Below, piece after piece: positions 29,627 to 41,503 of a DNA stretch of 64,000 nt. Each line of letters begins with the position of its first letter. The stretch's first letter is position 1. The translations under genes and the position numbers were made by a program. A model generated the notes under the pieces. The model had not been told where the DNA came from. It did no database searches and saw only the letters and a list, made by a program, of their open reading frames with translations. This stretch comes from Oxalobacteraceae bacterium (GTDB lineage Bacteria; Pseudomonadota; Gammaproteobacteria; Burkholderiales; Burkholderiaceae_D), in assembly GCA_036675035.1 (NCBI GenBank), contig JAKFFO010000119.1:16002-80001 (forward strand), given 5' to 3'.

Positions 29627-30918
29627 CCAGTCTGCATAATCGCCACATCAATCCACTTATCCTGGCCGGTCTCGACGGTCAAAACTGGCATTTGGCCGAT
29701 TACGTCAAGCGCGGTGGCTATGAATCGCTGAAACGTATTCTGGCCGACAAGATCCCGCCCGAGCAGGTCGTCGCCGAATTGAAAGCATCTTCGTTGCGCG
29801 GGCGCGGCGGCGCCGGCTTTCCGACCGGATTGAAGTGGAGCTTCATGCCGCGCCAGTTCCCCGGGCAGAAATATCTGGTCTGTAATACGGACGAGGGCGA
29901 GCCAGGCACATTCAAGGATCGCGACATTATCCGTTACAACCCGCATGCACTAATCGAGGGTATGGCAATCGGCGCGTATGCAATGGGCATCACGGTCGGC
30001 TACAACTATATTCACGGCGAAATCTGGGCCGATTACGAACGGTTTGAAGATGCGCTGGAAGAGGCGCGTGCGGCCGGATTCCTCGGCGATAAAATCATGG
30101 GCAGCGAATTCAATTTTCAGCTGCATGCATTCCATGGATTCGGCGCTTACATCTGCGGCGAAGAAACTGCGCTGCTCGAATCGCTGGAAGGTAAAAAAGG
30201 TCAGCCGCGATTCAAGCCGCCGTTCCCGGCCAGTTTCGGCTTATACGGAAAGCCGACCACGATCAATAACACTGAAACCTTCGCCGCGGTTCCATTCGTT
30301 TTCAAGATGGGCGGCGAAGCATATGCGGCACTCGGGAAGCCGAACAACGGCGGCACCAAGATCTTTTCAGTATCCGGCGACGTTGCGATGCCGGGTAACT
30401 ATGAAGTGCCGCTCGGAACGCCGTTTGCAAAACTGCTTGAATTGGCGGGCGGCATGCGCGACGGGAAAAAGATCAAGGCGGTGATTCCAGGCGGTTCGTC
30501 GATGCCGGTGCTGACCGGTGACGTGATGATGGCAACCGACATGGATTACGATTCGATCGCGAAAGCCGGTTCCATGCTTGGATCGGGCGCTGTGATCGTG
30601 ATGGATGAAACGCGATGCATGGTCCGATCGCTGCTGCGGCTTTCGTATTTTTATTATGAAGAGTCATGCGGGCAATGCACGCCGTGCCGCGAAGGTACCG
30701 GATGGCTTTACCGCATGGTGCACCGGATCGAGCACGGCCAGGGCCGGCCGGATGATCTGGATCTGCTGAATTCGGTAGCCGACAACATCCAGGGCCGCAC
30801 GATATGCGCGCTCGGTGATGCGGCTGCAATGCCGGTGCGTGCAATGATCAAGAACTTCACCAAAGAGTTTGAATATCACATCGAGCACAAGCGCTGCCTG
30901 GTGCCCGCTTACGTTTAA
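29623..30918 (+). CDS. nuoF: NADH-quinone oxidoreductase subunit F
   Basis: 431 aa. [13 protein letters not shown] (FMN/NADH site) and [12 protein letters not shown] (cluster N3). ATGA overlap with nuoE. Confidence 0.96.
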   Translation: MTSLHNRHINPLILAGLDGQNWHLADYVKRGGYESLKRILADKIPPEQVVAELKASSLRGRGGAGFPTGLKWSFMPRQFPGQKYLVCNTDEGEPGTFKDRDIIRYNPHALIEGMAIGAYAMGITVGYNYIHGEIWADYERFEDALEEARAAGFLGDKIMGSEFNFQLHAFHGFGAYICGEETALLESLEGKKGQPRFKPPFPASFGLYGKPTTINNTETFAAVPFVFKMGGEAYAALGKPNNGGTKIFSVSGDVAMPGNYEVPLGTPFAKLLELAGGMRDGKKIKAVIPGGSSMPVLTGDVMMATDMDYDSIAKAGSMLGSGAVIVMDETRCMVRSLLRLSYFYYEESCGQCTPCREGTGWLYRMVHRIEHGQGRPDDLDLLNSVADNIQGRTICALGDAAAMPVRAMIKNFTKEFEYHIEHKRCLVPAYV

Positions 30919-30930
30919 CAAGCAGATCGT

Positions 30931-30997
30931 GTGACGGTTACGTTTACCGTCACCCTCACCCCCGGCCCCTCTGTCATCCGTGAGAGAGGGGAGTGAA
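30931..30997. repeat. REP-like extragenic palindromes in the nuoF-nuoG spacer
   Basis: 8-bp hairpin gtgacggt-tacgttt-accgtcac (30931-30953), then caccctcacccccggcccctct...agaggggagtgaag with a 7-bp core stem cccctct/agagggg (30966-30972/30985-30991). Same family as 25611-25649. Confidence 0.5.
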
Positions 30998-31012
30998 GTG
31001 AAAAACAAAGCT

Positions 31013-33352
31013 ATGATCGAAATCGAAATAGACGGCAAGAAGGTTGAAGTGCAGGAAGGCAGCATGGTAATGGATGCGGCCAACAAGATCGGCACTTACA
31101 TTCCGCATTTTTGCTATCACAAGAAATTGTCCATTGCGGCCAACTGCCGCATGTGCCTGGTCGAAGTCGAAAAGGCGCCGAAGCCGCTGCCGGCGTGCGC
31201 GACCCCGGTTACTCCGGGCATGATCGTGCGCTCGCACAGCGACAAAGCAGTCAAGGCGCAAAAAGGGGTGATGGAATTCCTGCTGATCAATCATCCGCTG
31301 GATTGCCCGATCTGCGATCAGGGCGGCGAATGCCAATTGCAGGATCTGGCGGTCGGCTACGGTGCGTCATCGTCGCGTTATGCCGAAGAAAAGCGCGTTG
31401 TTGTCCCAAAGGATGCAGGCCCCTTGATCTCGATGAAAGAGATGACCCGCTGCATTCATTGCACGCGTTGCGTCCGCTTTGGACAGGAAATTGCCGGTGT
31501 GATGGAATTCGGCATGCTTGGCCGCGGCGAGCACGCCGAGATCACCTCGTTCGTCGGCAAAACAGTGGATTCCGAATTGTCGGGCAACATGATCGATTTG
31601 TGTCCTGTCGGCGCACTTTTGTCGAAACCGTTCCGGTACACCGCCCGTACCTGGGAATTATCCCGACGCAAATCCGTCAGCCCTCATGACGGCCTGGGAT
31701 CGAATCTGATGGTGCAGGTAAAGGCAGCCAAGGTAATGCGGGTGCTGCCGCTGGAAAACGAAGCGATCAATGAATGCTGGCTGTCCGACAAGGACCGGTT
31801 TTCGTACGAGGCACTGGACAGCGACGAGCGTTTGACCTCACCGATGCTCAAACAGGATGGACAGTGGCGTGAAGTCGACTGGCAAACCGCACTTGAGTAC
31901 ATCGCACACGGACTTCGCAACATCAAGCATGAACATGGCGCAGATGCGCTGGCTGCGTTGGCAACGCCGGGTTCAACGCTGGAAGAACTGTCGTTGCTGC
32001 AAAAAGTGATGCGTGGCCTCGGCTCCGAGAATGTCGATTTCCGCTTGCGTCAATCGGATTTCGCGCTGGACGGGCAGGTCAAACCGTGGCTGGGCATGTC
32101 GATCGCTGAATTCGGACTATTGAAACGCACGTTCGTAATCGGATCGTTCCTGCGCAAGGATCATCCGTTGCTGGCGGCACGCATGCGTAATGCAGTCAAG
32201 AATGGCGGCAGTCTCAGCATTCTGAACGCCACCGATGACGATTTGCTGATCCCTGTCGCCAACAAAATGATCAAGGCGCCGTCCGAATGGCTGTCAGCGC
32301 TCGGCGAAGTGGTAGTTGCGGTCGCAAATGAAAAGAATATTGCGGTGCCAGCAGGGTTTGAAGCGGTTCAGGCATCGGTCGAAGCGAAGCAAATCGCGGC
32401 CAGCCTGCTGTCCGGGGAACCCGGGGCGATCCTGCTTGGAAACGCGGCGGCACAACACCCGCAAGCGTCCGAATTACATGCAGCCGCGCAATGGCTTGCG
32501 CAAAATACGAATGCCAATTTCGGTTATCTGACCGAAGGCGCCAACACTGTAGGCGGCTACCTCGCCAATGCGCTCCCTTCAAATGGGTCGAACGCATTGC
32601 AATTCTTCGAGCAGGCGCGCAAGGCCTATCTGTTGCTGAACGTAGAACCGGAACTCGACTGCTACGATCCGCAAGGCGCCCGCGCAGCACTGGATGCCGC
32701 CGAAATGGTGGTTGTGATGTCGTCGTATCGGCACGGGATGGACTTTGCCGATGTACTGCTGCCGGTCTCGCCATTTACGGAGACCGCAGGCACGTTCGTT
32801 AATTGCGAAGGACGCGCGCAAAGCTTCAACGGCACGGTCAAGCCGCTTGGCGACACGCGCCCGGCGTGGAAAGTGCTGCGCGTACTTGGCAACTTGCTCG
32901 AAATTCCGGGTTTCGACTACGAGTCTTCGGAGGCAGTCCGTAACGAAATTCTGGGAATGGAGACAGGCAGCAATGCCGACGTTTCGGCACGATTGAACAA
33001 TATCGTCCAGTTGCAACCGCAGTTGTTGCGTGGCGAAGGCGCCGGCCAGCACCTGGAACGTATCGCGGACGTGCCGATTTACTTTACCGACGCGATCGTG
33101 CGGCGCTCGCCTCCGCTCCAGAAAACCAATGATGCCGCGACCCCGCGGGCATGGATTTCAACTGCATTGTCGCAACGACTCGACATATCCGACGGTGTCC
33201 GTGTACGGGTAACCCAGGGCGGCGGAAGCGCGGTGCTGAATGCCGCTATTGATACCGGCCTGCCGGCGAATGTCGTACGCGTATCGGCTGCGCATTCGGC
33301 GACCAGCACGCTTGGACCCATGTTCGGTCCTGTCACGTTGGAGAAAGCGTGA
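31013..33352 (+). CDS. nuoG: NADH-quinone oxidoreductase subunit G
   Basis: Start chosen at ATG 31013 ([13 protein letters not shown]). 2Fe-2S and 4Fe-4S motifs [43 protein letters not shown]. Confidence 0.95.
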   Translation: MIEIEIDGKKVEVQEGSMVMDAANKIGTYIPHFCYHKKLSIAANCRMCLVEVEKAPKPLPACATPVTPGMIVRSHSDKAVKAQKGVMEFLLINHPLDCPICDQGGECQLQDLAVGYGASSSRYAEEKRVVVPKDAGPLISMKEMTRCIHCTRCVRFGQEIAGVMEFGMLGRGEHAEITSFVGKTVDSELSGNMIDLCPVGALLSKPFRYTARTWELSRRKSVSPHDGLGSNLMVQVKAAKVMRVLPLENEAINECWLSDKDRFSYEALDSDERLTSPMLKQDGQWREVDWQTALEYIAHGLRNIKHEHGADALAALATPGSTLEELSLLQKVMRGLGSENVDFRLRQSDFALDGQVKPWLGMSIAEFGLLKRTFVIGSFLRKDHPLLAARMRNAVKNGGSLSILNATDDDLLIPVANKMIKAPSEWLSALGEVVVAVANEKNIAVPAGFEAVQASVEAKQIAASLLSGEPGAILLGNAAAQHPQASELHAAAQWLAQNTNANFGYLTEGANTVGGYLANALPSNGSNALQFFEQARKAYLLLNVEPELDCYDPQGARAALDAAEMVVVMSSYRHGMDFADVLLPVSPFTETAGTFVNCEGRAQSFNGTVKPLGDTRPAWKVLRVLGNLLEIPGFDYESSEAVRNEILGMETGSNADVSARLNNIVQLQPQLLRGEGAGQHLERIADVPIYFTDAIVRRSPPLQKTNDAATPRAWISTALSQRLDISDGVRVRVTQGGGSAVLNAAIDTGLPANVVRVSAAHSATSTLGPMFGPVTLEKA

Positions 33353-34425
33353 TGGATCAAATTCTGACTTCCGTTCATGCTGCCGGCCAAGGGGCTCTAG
33401 GCGCTCTATGGCCTGTGGTTTGGAATCTCGTGAAAATTGTGGCGGTGGTGTTGCCTCTGTTGGGATGCGTTGCATATTTAACGCTATGGGAGCGCAAATT
33501 GATTGGCTGGATGCACGTGCGCATCGGCCCGAATCGGACCGGCCCCGCGGGCTTGTTGCAGCCGATTGCCGACGCACTGAAGCTGCTGCTCAAGGAAATC
33601 ATCGTTCCGGCGAAGGCGAGCAAAGCGCTTTTCGTGATCGCACCTATCATGACGATCATGCCCGCGCTCGCTGCCTGGGCTGTCGTTCCGTTCGGCCCGG
33701 AAATCGCATTGGCCAATGTCAATGCCGGACTGTTGCTGATCATGGCGATCACATCGATGGAAGTGTATGGCGTGATCATCGCCGGCTGGGCATCCAATTC
33801 GAAGTACGCTTTTCTGGGCGCGATGCGCGCATCGGCACAAATGGTGTCATATGAAATCGCGATGGGCTTTGTTCTCGTGATCGTGCTGATGGTATCCGGC
33901 AGCCTGAACATGACCGAAATCGTGATGGGCCAAACCGTCGGGTATTTTGCGGACATGGGTCTCAACTTCCTTTCGTGGAACTGGCTGCCTCTGTTCCCGA
34001 TGTTTGTCGTGTATGTCATTTCGGGAATTGCCGAAACCAATCGGCATCCATTTGACGTGGTCGAAGGCGAATCCGAAATTGTTGCCGGTCATATGGTGGA
34101 ATATTCCGGAATGTCTTTCGCAATGTTCTTTCTGGCCGAATATGCCAACATGATTCTGATTTCGGCGCTTGCGGCGCTGCTGTTTCTCGGCGGATGGAAT
34201 GCACCCGTTGATACGGTATTGCTGAACTGGGTGCCGGGCTGGATCTGGCTGGGGATCAAGACTTTCTTCGTCGTTTCGCTATTCATCTGGGGGCGCGCGT
34301 CGTTTCCGCGCTATCGCTACGATCAAATCATGCGCCTGGGTTGGAAGGTATTCATTCCGCTGACGGTCGTCTACTTGGTGATCGTGGCAGTATGGATGCA
34401 GACTTCGTGGAATATTTGGAAGTAA
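33349..34425 (+). CDS. nuoH: NADH-quinone oxidoreductase subunit H
   Basis: 358 aa polytopic protein. [13 protein letters not shown] and [16 protein letters not shown], the ND1 signatures. 4-nt overlap with nuoG. Confidence 0.95.
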   Translation: MMDQILTSVHAAGQGALGALWPVVWNLVKIVAVVLPLLGCVAYLTLWERKLIGWMHVRIGPNRTGPAGLLQPIADALKLLLKEIIVPAKASKALFVIAPIMTIMPALAAWAVVPFGPEIALANVNAGLLLIMAITSMEVYGVIIAGWASNSKYAFLGAMRASAQMVSYEIAMGFVLVIVLMVSGSLNMTEIVMGQTVGYFADMGLNFLSWNWLPLFPMFVVYVISGIAETNRHPFDVVEGESEIVAGHMVEYSGMSFAMFFLAEYANMILISALAALLFLGGWNAPVDTVLLNWVPGWIWLGIKTFFVVSLFIWGRASFPRYRYDQIMRLGWKVFIPLTVVYLVIVAVWMQTSWNIWK

Positions 34426-34488
34426 CGCGACGGTGCGATTGATGACACGTCGCATCGTACTAATACGGAATGTAAAAGGCTGAATGCA

Positions 34489-34989
34489 ATGGTAGCCAAA
34501 TTAGATGCAATTAAAGATTTTTTCGGAAGCCTGATGCTTCACGAGTTGCTGAAAGGACTCGCGCTGACTGGACGATACATGTTTTCCCGAAAAATCACGG
34601 TCCAGTTCCCTGAAGAGAAAACGCCGATGTCGCCGCGCTTTCGCGGCTTGCATGCATTGCGCCGATACCCGAACGGGGAAGAGCGTTGCATCGCATGCAA
34701 ACTGTGCGAAGCAGTATGTCCGGCGCTAGCGATTTCTATCGATTCGGAAGAGCGCGAAGATGGGTCGCGCCGCACCACTCGTTACGATATCGATCTTACA
34801 AAATGCATCTTTTGCGGTTTTTGCGAAGAGTCATGCCCGGTCGATTCAATCGTCGAAACGAATATTCTGGAATACCACGGCGAAAAGCGCGGCGATCTTT
34901 ATTACACCAAGGAGATGCTGCTCGCGATCGGTGACCGCTATGAAAAAGAAATTGCCGCCGATCGCGCCGCCGATGCGCCGTATCGCTGA
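34489..34989 (+). CDS. nuoI: NADH-quinone oxidoreductase subunit I
   Basis: 166 aa. Two ferredoxin motifs, [12 protein letters not shown] and [12 protein letters not shown]. Confidence 0.96.
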   Translation: MVAKLDAIKDFFGSLMLHELLKGLALTGRYMFSRKITVQFPEEKTPMSPRFRGLHALRRYPNGEERCIACKLCEAVCPALAISIDSEEREDGSRRTTRYDIDLTKCIFCGFCEESCPVDSIVETNILEYHGEKRGDLYYTKEMLLAIGDRYEKEIAADRAADAPYR

Positions 34990-35032
34990 TTTAACCAAAC
35001 TGACCGGCGTTTAACCGGATACCTCGTCCACT

Positions 35033-35677
35033 ATGGAATTTACCACTGCACTGTTCTATGCGTTTTCCGCGATCCTGATTTTCGCTGCGATGCGAGTCAT
35101 CACTGACCGCAACCCGGTTCATGCGGCGTTGTATCTGGTGTTGTCATTTTTCTCCGCCGCGGCAATCTGGATGTTGCTGAAGGCAGAATTCCTCGCCATC
35201 GTACTGGTGCTCGTGTATGTCGGTGCGGTCATGGTCTTGTTCCTGTTCGTCGTGATGATGTTGGATATTAATATCGGCAAGATGCGCGAAGGCTTCTGGA
35301 GATATTTTCCATTTGCCGGCACGATCGGGGTTGTGATCGTGCTTGAAATGGTGGCCGTATTGTTTCGCAGCTTCTGGACTCAGGACATTCAGCCGCCTGC
35401 AGCAGGAGCGATGATCGGCGACACCCGCGAGTTGGGCAAGCTTATCTATACCGAATATATCTATGCGTTTGAAATTGCGGCAATGCTATTGCTGGTCGCG
35501 ATGGTTGCGGCCGTCGCATTGACATTGCGCCGTCGCAAGGACACCAAATATTTCAATCCGGGGGCTGCAGTGAAGGTCAATCGGGCCGACCGCATCCGGA
35601 TCGTCAGCATGAAATCCGAATCCAGCCGTGCTACGGGCGCGACGCCGGCAGCCGCCTCGACCACAGAAAAGAATTAA
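35033..35677 (+). CDS. nuoJ: NADH-quinone oxidoreductase subunit J
   Basis: 214 aa. ND6-like hydrophobic protein in the conserved operon position. Confidence 0.9.
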   Translation: MEFTTALFYAFSAILIFAAMRVITDRNPVHAALYLVLSFFSAAAIWMLLKAEFLAIVLVLVYVGAVMVLFLFVVMMLDINIGKMREGFWRYFPFAGTIGVVIVLEMVAVLFRSFWTQDIQPPAAGAMIGDTRELGKLIYTEYIYAFEIAAMLLLVAMVAAVALTLRRRKDTKYFNPGAAVKVNRADRIRIVSMKSESSRATGATPAAASTTEKN

Positions 35678-35687
35678 CGAGAGCACT

Positions 35688-35996
35688 ATGGCCTTATCAC
35701 TCGCTCACTTCCTGATCCTCGGCGCAATTCTTTTTGCGATTTCGATCGTCGGTATTTTCATGAACCGAAAGAACATCATCATTCTGTTGATGGCAATCGA
35801 ACTGATGCTATTGGCGGTCAACATGAATTTTGTCGCGTTCTCCCATTATCTCGGTGATGCGGCAGGGCAGATTTTCGTTTTCTTCATCTTAACTGTGGCT
35901 GCCGCGGAATCTGCGATCGGTCTTGCCATCCTGGTGGTGTTGTTCCGTAATCTGGACACCATCAATGTGGAAGATCTCGACAGTCTCAAAGGTTAA
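35688..35996 (+). CDS. nuoK: NADH-quinone oxidoreductase subunit K
   Basis: Start chosen at ATG 35688 ([12 protein letters not shown]). 102 aa with 3 TM helices, ND4L-like; [13 protein letters not shown]. Confidence 0.93.
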   Translation: MALSLAHFLILGAILFAISIVGIFMNRKNIIILLMAIELMLLAVNMNFVAFSHYLGDAAGQIFVFFILTVAAAESAIGLAILVVLFRNLDTINVEDLDSLKG

Positions 35997-36016
35997 TCAC
36001 AAAAACAACGATAAGG

Positions 36017-38065
36017 TTGAATATGGCGGGGCAACTTAACCCTAACCTCTTGCTGGTCGTACCAATGGCGCCGCTTGTCGGCGCATTGATTGCAGGCCTG
36101 TTCGGTACCAAATTTTTCGGCAATAAGATCGGGCGCACCGCCTCCCATACGGTCACCATCCTGGGCGTACTGATCGCATTCATCGTCTCGGTCCAAACTC
36201 TGATGGCGGTGATGGACGGCGCCTCGTTCAACGGCACCATCTATAACTGGATGACCGTCGCGGGACTCAAGCTGGAAATCGGATTCTTGATCGACAGCCT
36301 GACCGCAATGATGATGTGCGTCGTGACGTCGGTGTCGCTGATGGTGCACATTTATACGGTCGGGTACATGAAGGACGACGAGGGCTATAACCGTTTCTTT
36401 GCTTATATCTCACTGTTCACGTTCTCGATGCTGATGCTCGTAATGAGCAACAACTTCCTGCAGCTGTTCTTCGGTTGGGAGGCGGTCGGCTTGGTGTCCT
36501 ACCTGCTGATCGGCTTTTGGTACACCAGGCCGACTGCGATTTACGCCAACATGAAAGCGTTTTTAGTCAATCGCGTTGGCGATTTTGGATTCATTCTCGG
36601 TATCGGATTGCTGCTCGCGTATGCCGGCTCCTTGAATTACGCACAGGTCTTCGCCAAAAGCGAGGCGCTCGCGCAATTGACCTTGCCGGGAACCGACTGG
36701 ATGCTGCTGACGGTTGCGTGCATTTGTCTGTTCATCGGTGCGATGGGCAAGTCAGCGCAATTTCCCTTGCATGTCTGGCTGCCGGACTCGATGGAAGGCC
36801 CGACTCCGATTTCAGCGCTGATTCACGCGGCCACGATGGTAACCGCCGGTATCTTCATGGTGGCCCGGATGTCGCCGTTATTTGAATTGTCGGATACCGC
36901 TCTGTCCTTCGTGATGATCATCGGCGCAATTACCGCGCTGTTCATGGGTTTTCTCGGCATTATCCAGAACGACATCAAGCGGGTGGTGGCATATTCGACG
37001 CTGTCACAACTCGGATACATGACGGTCGCGCTGGGTGCGTCGGCCTATTCGGTCGCGGTATTCCATTTGATGACGCACGCGTTCTTCAAGGCGCTTCTGT
37101 TCCTCGGTGCCGGTGCAGTCATCATCGGCATGCACCACGACCAGGACATTCGCAACATGGGCGGATTGCGCAAGTACATGCCGATCACCTGGATTACTTC
37201 ATTGCTGGGATCGCTAGCGCTGATCGGAACACCTTTCTTCGCCGGCTTTTATTCGAAAGAGAGCATCATCGAAGCGGCCCATCATGCCAATATCCCCGGT
37301 GCCGGATTTGCTTATTTTGCTGTAATGGCAGGCGTGTTCGTGACGGCGTTTTATTCATTCCGCATGTATTTCCTGGTGTTTCATGGCGAAGAGCGTTTCG
37401 GAAAGCCGCATCACGGCCATCAGGATCATGCGCATGACGAGCACTCGGATGAACCTCATCATGGACTGGCACCCGGCGAAAAGCCGCATGAAGCGCCCTG
37501 GGTCGTTACGCTGCCGCTGATCCTGCTGGCAATTCCTTCCGTCATCATCGGGTATCTCGCAATCGGGCCGATTTTTCACGGCGACTTCTTTGACGGCGCG
37601 ATTTTTGTCAGTGATGCGCATCCCGCAATGGAGGAACTCGTCAATGCCTTCCACGGTGCATCGGCGATGGGCCTGCATGGGTTTGTGACCTTGCCGTTCG
37701 CATTAATGCTGGCCGGCGTCGTATCGGCGTATTACTGCTATCTGGTCAATCCAAAAGTGCCTGCGTGGTTCCATGCCAGGTTCCGCGCGCTGTACACGCT
37801 TCTGGACAACAAGTACTACATGGACAAGATCAATGAAGTGGTCTTTTCCGGTGGTGCGCGCTTGCTTGGTCGCGGATTGTGGAATGTCGGCGACAAGGCT
37901 TTGATTGATGGTTTGGTCGTGAATGGAAGCGCCAGGTTTGTCGGGTGGTTTGCTGTCATTACCAGGACGTTCCAGTCCGGCTACATCTATCACTATGCCT
38001 TCACGATGATTTTTGCCATTGCGCTGTACCTTGGCTATTTGTTGCTGCTCCCTTACATGAAATAG
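36017..38065 (+). CDS. nuoL: NADH-quinone oxidoreductase subunit L
   Basis: 682 aa (TTG at 36017; alternative ATG at 36023). ND5 antiporter-like signatures WEAVGLVSYLLIGFW and KSAQFPLHVWLPDSMEGPTP. Confidence 0.94.
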   Translation: MNMAGQLNPNLLLVVPMAPLVGALIAGLFGTKFFGNKIGRTASHTVTILGVLIAFIVSVQTLMAVMDGASFNGTIYNWMTVAGLKLEIGFLIDSLTAMMMCVVTSVSLMVHIYTVGYMKDDEGYNRFFAYISLFTFSMLMLVMSNNFLQLFFGWEAVGLVSYLLIGFWYTRPTAIYANMKAFLVNRVGDFGFILGIGLLLAYAGSLNYAQVFAKSEALAQLTLPGTDWMLLTVACICLFIGAMGKSAQFPLHVWLPDSMEGPTPISALIHAATMVTAGIFMVARMSPLFELSDTALSFVMIIGAITALFMGFLGIIQNDIKRVVAYSTLSQLGYMTVALGASAYSVAVFHLMTHAFFKALLFLGAGAVIIGMHHDQDIRNMGGLRKYMPITWITSLLGSLALIGTPFFAGFYSKESIIEAAHHANIPGAGFAYFAVMAGVFVTAFYSFRMYFLVFHGEERFGKPHHGHQDHAHDEHSDEPHHGLAPGEKPHEAPWVVTLPLILLAIPSVIIGYLAIGPIFHGDFFDGAIFVSDAHPAMEELVNAFHGASAMGLHGFVTLPFALMLAGVVSAYYCYLVNPKVPAWFHARFRALYTLLDNKYYMDKINEVVFSGGARLLGRGLWNVGDKALIDGLVVNGSARFVGWFAVITRTFQSGYIYHYAFTMIFAIALYLGYLLLLPYMK

Positions 38066-38089
38066 CGGCGGGTTTCTAAAAGAAAAAAC

Positions 38090-39577
38090 ATGATGCAGTC
38101 AACTTTTCCTCTACTAAGCCTGGCAATCTGGCTTCCGATTCTGTTTGGCGTGCTGGTGCTGGCCGTTGGCCGCGACAGTAATCCCGGTCTGGTTCGCGGC
38201 ATATCTCTGGTTGGCGCTATCGTCAGCCTGCTGGCTACCGTGCCGCTGATTCAGCAGTTCGACAATGCCGCGCACGGCATGCAGTTCGTTGAAAAATTCG
38301 CCTGGATTGAGCAATTCGATATTTTTTACTCGCTGGGTATCGATGGGATCTCGCTCTGGTTCATTCCGCTGACGGCATTTATCACCGTGATCGTGGTGAT
38401 CTCGGCGTGGGAAGTGATTCAGACCAAGGTAGCCCAGTATATGGGTGCATTCCTGATCCTGTCGGGTTTGATGATCGGCGTATTCTGCTCGCTCGACGGC
38501 GTGCTGTTCTATGTCTTCTTCGAGGCGACACTGATTCCGATGTTCATTATCATCGGCGTCTGGGGCGGTGCAAATCGCGTTTATGCGGCAGTGAAATTCT
38601 TCCTCTATACCTTCATGGGGTCGCTGCTGATGCTGATTGCGATTCTCTATCTGTATTTGAAATCCGGCAGCTTCGACATTCTGGTCTGGCACACGCTGCC
38701 GATCCCGCTTTCGGCGCAGATACTGGTGTTCCTGTCATTCCTTATGGCTTTTGCCGTGAAGGTGCCGATGTGGCCGGTGCATACATGGTTGCCGGATGCG
38801 CACGTCGAAGCACCGACCGGCGGCTCGGTGGTGCTGGCCGCGATCATGCTGAAACTGGGCGGATACGGCTTCCTGCGCTTTTCGCTGCCGATTACGCCTG
38901 ACGCCAGCCACTATCTGTCCGGTTTTATCATTACCTTGTCGCTGATCGCAGTGATCTATATCGGCCTGGTCGCAATGGTTCAGGCCGACATGAAAAAACT
39001 GGTTGCGTACTCATCGATCGCACACATGGGCTTCGTGACGCTTGGATTTTTCCTGTTCAACGACATGGCGGTGCAGGGCGGCGTGGTCCAGATGATTTCG
39101 CATGGTTTCGTATCGGGTGCAATGTTCCTGTGCATAGGTGTGCTGTACGACCGCATGCATTCACGCCAGATTGCCGACTACGGCGGTGTGGTCAACACGA
39201 TGCCCAAATTCGCCGCATTTTTCGTGTTGTTTTCGCTGGCCAATTCAGGCCTGCCGGCCACATCCGGGTTTGTCGGTGAATTCATGGTGATTCTCGGCGC
39301 GGTGCAGTTTGATTTCTGGATCGGTCTGCTGGCGGCGACCGCGTTGATTCTTGGCGCAGCCTATTCGCTGTGGCTGGTGAAGCGCGTGATTTTTGGTGCG
39401 GTCGGCAATCAACAGGTTGCTCAAATGCCGGATCTGAACAAACGCGAATTCTTCATGCTTGGATTGCTGGCACTTGCGGTAATCGGCATGGGCGTATATC
39501 CGGCGCCGTTTACCGACGCGATGCAGGTTTCGGTGACAGATCTGCTGGCACATGTCGCGATCTCAAAAGCCCAATGA
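38090..39577 (+). CDS. nuoM: NADH-quinone oxidoreductase subunit M
   Basis: 495 aa. ND4-like; FAVKVPMWPVHTWLPDAHVEAPTGGSV. Confidence 0.95.
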   Translation: MMQSTFPLLSLAIWLPILFGVLVLAVGRDSNPGLVRGISLVGAIVSLLATVPLIQQFDNAAHGMQFVEKFAWIEQFDIFYSLGIDGISLWFIPLTAFITVIVVISAWEVIQTKVAQYMGAFLILSGLMIGVFCSLDGVLFYVFFEATLIPMFIIIGVWGGANRVYAAVKFFLYTFMGSLLMLIAILYLYLKSGSFDILVWHTLPIPLSAQILVFLSFLMAFAVKVPMWPVHTWLPDAHVEAPTGGSVVLAAIMLKLGGYGFLRFSLPITPDASHYLSGFIITLSLIAVIYIGLVAMVQADMKKLVAYSSIAHMGFVTLGFFLFNDMAVQGGVVQMISHGFVSGAMFLCIGVLYDRMHSRQIADYGGVVNTMPKFAAFFVLFSLANSGLPATSGFVGEFMVILGAVQFDFWIGLLAATALILGAAYSLWLVKRVIFGAVGNQQVAQMPDLNKREFFMLGLLALAVIGMGVYPAPFTDAMQVSVTDLLAHVAISKAQ

Positions 39578-39629
39578 TGAAAACAATCGTAGTTGCACCA
39601 CGTGCGAACGCAAATAAAGCGGCGATGAA

Positions 39630-41117
39630 ATGAATAATCTGAATCTGATTCCAGCGTACCCTGAAATATTTCTGGCAATTGCGGCCCTGGCAATACTGTT
39701 GGTCGACATGTTCCTGTCGGATGCGAAGCGCAATGTCACCTATCTGTTGTCGATCGCCGCACTGGTTGTTTGCGCGGTGCTTACCATCGTTGATTTCAAC
39801 ACCGGTACCACGAATTACACGTTCTACAACATGTTCGTCTCGGACCCGATGTCGAACATCCTGAAGCTGTTTGCATATATCGCAGTCGGATTGACATTGA
39901 TCTATTCGCGCCAGTACGTGACTGCACGAGGCATGCTCGGGGGCCATCTCGGCGGTGAATTCTACGTGCTGGCACTGTTCACGCTGCTCGGTCAGATGAT
40001 CATGATTTCCGGGAATAATTTCCTGATCATCTACCTTGGCCTCGAATTGATGTCGCTGTCACTGTATGCGCTGGTTGCTTTGCGGCGCGACAATACGATG
40101 TCGACCGAAGCGGCAATGAAGTATTTTATTTTGGGTGCGCTGGCTTCCGGCTTCCTGCTTTACGGCATATCGATGCTGTATGGAGCAACCGGATCGCTAG
40201 ATCTTAGCGAAGTGGCCAAGGCAACGGCATCCGGAACGGTTAATAAAACGGTGCTGGTGTTCGGACTGGTATTCCTTGTGTCGGGGCTTGCATTCAAACT
40301 CGGCGCTGTTCCGTTTCATATGTGGGTTCCAGACGTCTACCAAGGGGCACCTACTGCAGTCACTTTGCTGCTGGGTGGTGCGCCGAAGCTGGCCGCTTTC
40401 GCGATTTGCATTCGCCTGCTCATAGAAGGGTTGGGATCGCTCGCGGTCGACTGGCAGCAAATGCTGATCGTACTCGCGGTGCTGTCGATGGCGATCGGCA
40501 ATATCACCGCGATTGCACAGACCAATCTGAAGCGGATGCTTGCGTATTCGACCATCTCGCAGATGGGTTTCATGCTGCTTGGCTTGCTGTCGGGCGTTTT
40601 CGCCGGCAGCAATCCGGACTCCGCCGCCAATGCATACAGTGCCGCGATGTTTTATTCAATCACCTATGTTTTGACCACGCTGGGAACCTTCGGCATCATT
40701 CTGCTGCTTGCAAGATCGGGTTTCGAAGCTGAAAACCTGGACGATTTCAAAGGCTTGAATCAGCGCAGCCCATGGTTCGCTGCAGTCATGATGATATTGC
40801 TGCTTTCCTTGGCCGGTGTACCGCCGATGATGGGCTTTTACGCAAAACTGTCGGTTCTTCAGGCGGTAGTCAACGCCGGACAGATATGGCTTGCGGTGGT
40901 GGCAGTGATGTTCTCGCTGATCGGTGCGTTTTACTACTTGCGCGTCATTAAGCTGATGTACTTCGACGATGCAGTCGACACATCGGAAATTGTGGCCGGC
41001 AACGACATGCGCGCAGCACTCAGCGTAAATGGCGTAGCCATTGTCGTACTGGGTCTGATACCCGGCCCGTTGATGACCGCATGCGCTGCGGCTATTGCCA
41101 AGACGCTTGCGTCCTGA
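39630..41117 (+). CDS. nuoN: NADH-quinone oxidoreductase subunit N
   Basis: 495 aa. ND2-like; [21 protein letters not shown]. Confidence 0.95.
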   Translation: MNNLNLIPAYPEIFLAIAALAILLVDMFLSDAKRNVTYLLSIAALVVCAVLTIVDFNTGTTNYTFYNMFVSDPMSNILKLFAYIAVGLTLIYSRQYVTARGMLGGHLGGEFYVLALFTLLGQMIMISGNNFLIIYLGLELMSLSLYALVALRRDNTMSTEAAMKYFILGALASGFLLYGISMLYGATGSLDLSEVAKATASGTVNKTVLVFGLVFLVSGLAFKLGAVPFHMWVPDVYQGAPTAVTLLLGGAPKLAAFAICIRLLIEGLGSLAVDWQQMLIVLAVLSMAIGNITAIAQTNLKRMLAYSTISQMGFMLLGLLSGVFAGSNPDSAANAYSAAMFYSITYVLTTLGTFGIILLLARSGFEAENLDDFKGLNQRSPWFAAVMMILLLSLAGVPPMMGFYAKLSVLQAVVNAGQIWLAVVAVMFSLIGAFYYLRVIKLMYFDDAVDTSEIVAGNDMRAALSVNGVAIVVLGLIPGPLMTACAAAIAKTLAS

Positions 41118-41132
41118 TCCGGGCGCGTACCG

Positions 41133-41438
41133 GTGGACGTTTCTCTTTCAAGCTGGTTTGTAATTCTGTTGGCCGTACTTGGAGCCAATCTGCCGTTTCT
41201 AAACGAACGTCTGTTCGCGATCTTTCCGATCGGCGCAAAGCCAAAATCGTTCTGGCTGCGCCTGTTGGAGCTCTTAGTGCTGTATTTGGCCGTCGGCGTA
41301 ATTGCGTACCTGCTCGAATCCCGGATTGGCAACGCGTTTTCCCAGAACTGGGAGTTTTACGCCGTTACCGGATGCCTGTTCATCGTACTGGCTTTTCCAG
41401 GATTCGTATTTCGCTATTTGCGAAAGCGGCGCGGCTGA
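41133..41438 (+). CDS. small membrane protein trailing the nuo operon (DUF2818-like)
   Basis: 101 aa with a GTG start 15 nt after the nuoN stop and 3 predicted TM helices. The family assignment comes from remembered synteny in Burkholderiales, not from a search. Confidence 0.6.
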   Translation: MDVSLSSWFVILLAVLGANLPFLNERLFAIFPIGAKPKSFWLRLLELLVLYLAVGVIAYLLESRIGNAFSQNWEFYAVTGCLFIVLAFPGFVFRYLRKRRG

Positions 41439-41503
41439 TTCCCATCAATCACGGTGGCCTCGGTTGCCGCTATGGTCAATTTTCACGAAGCTGGAGCAGG
41501 TGA

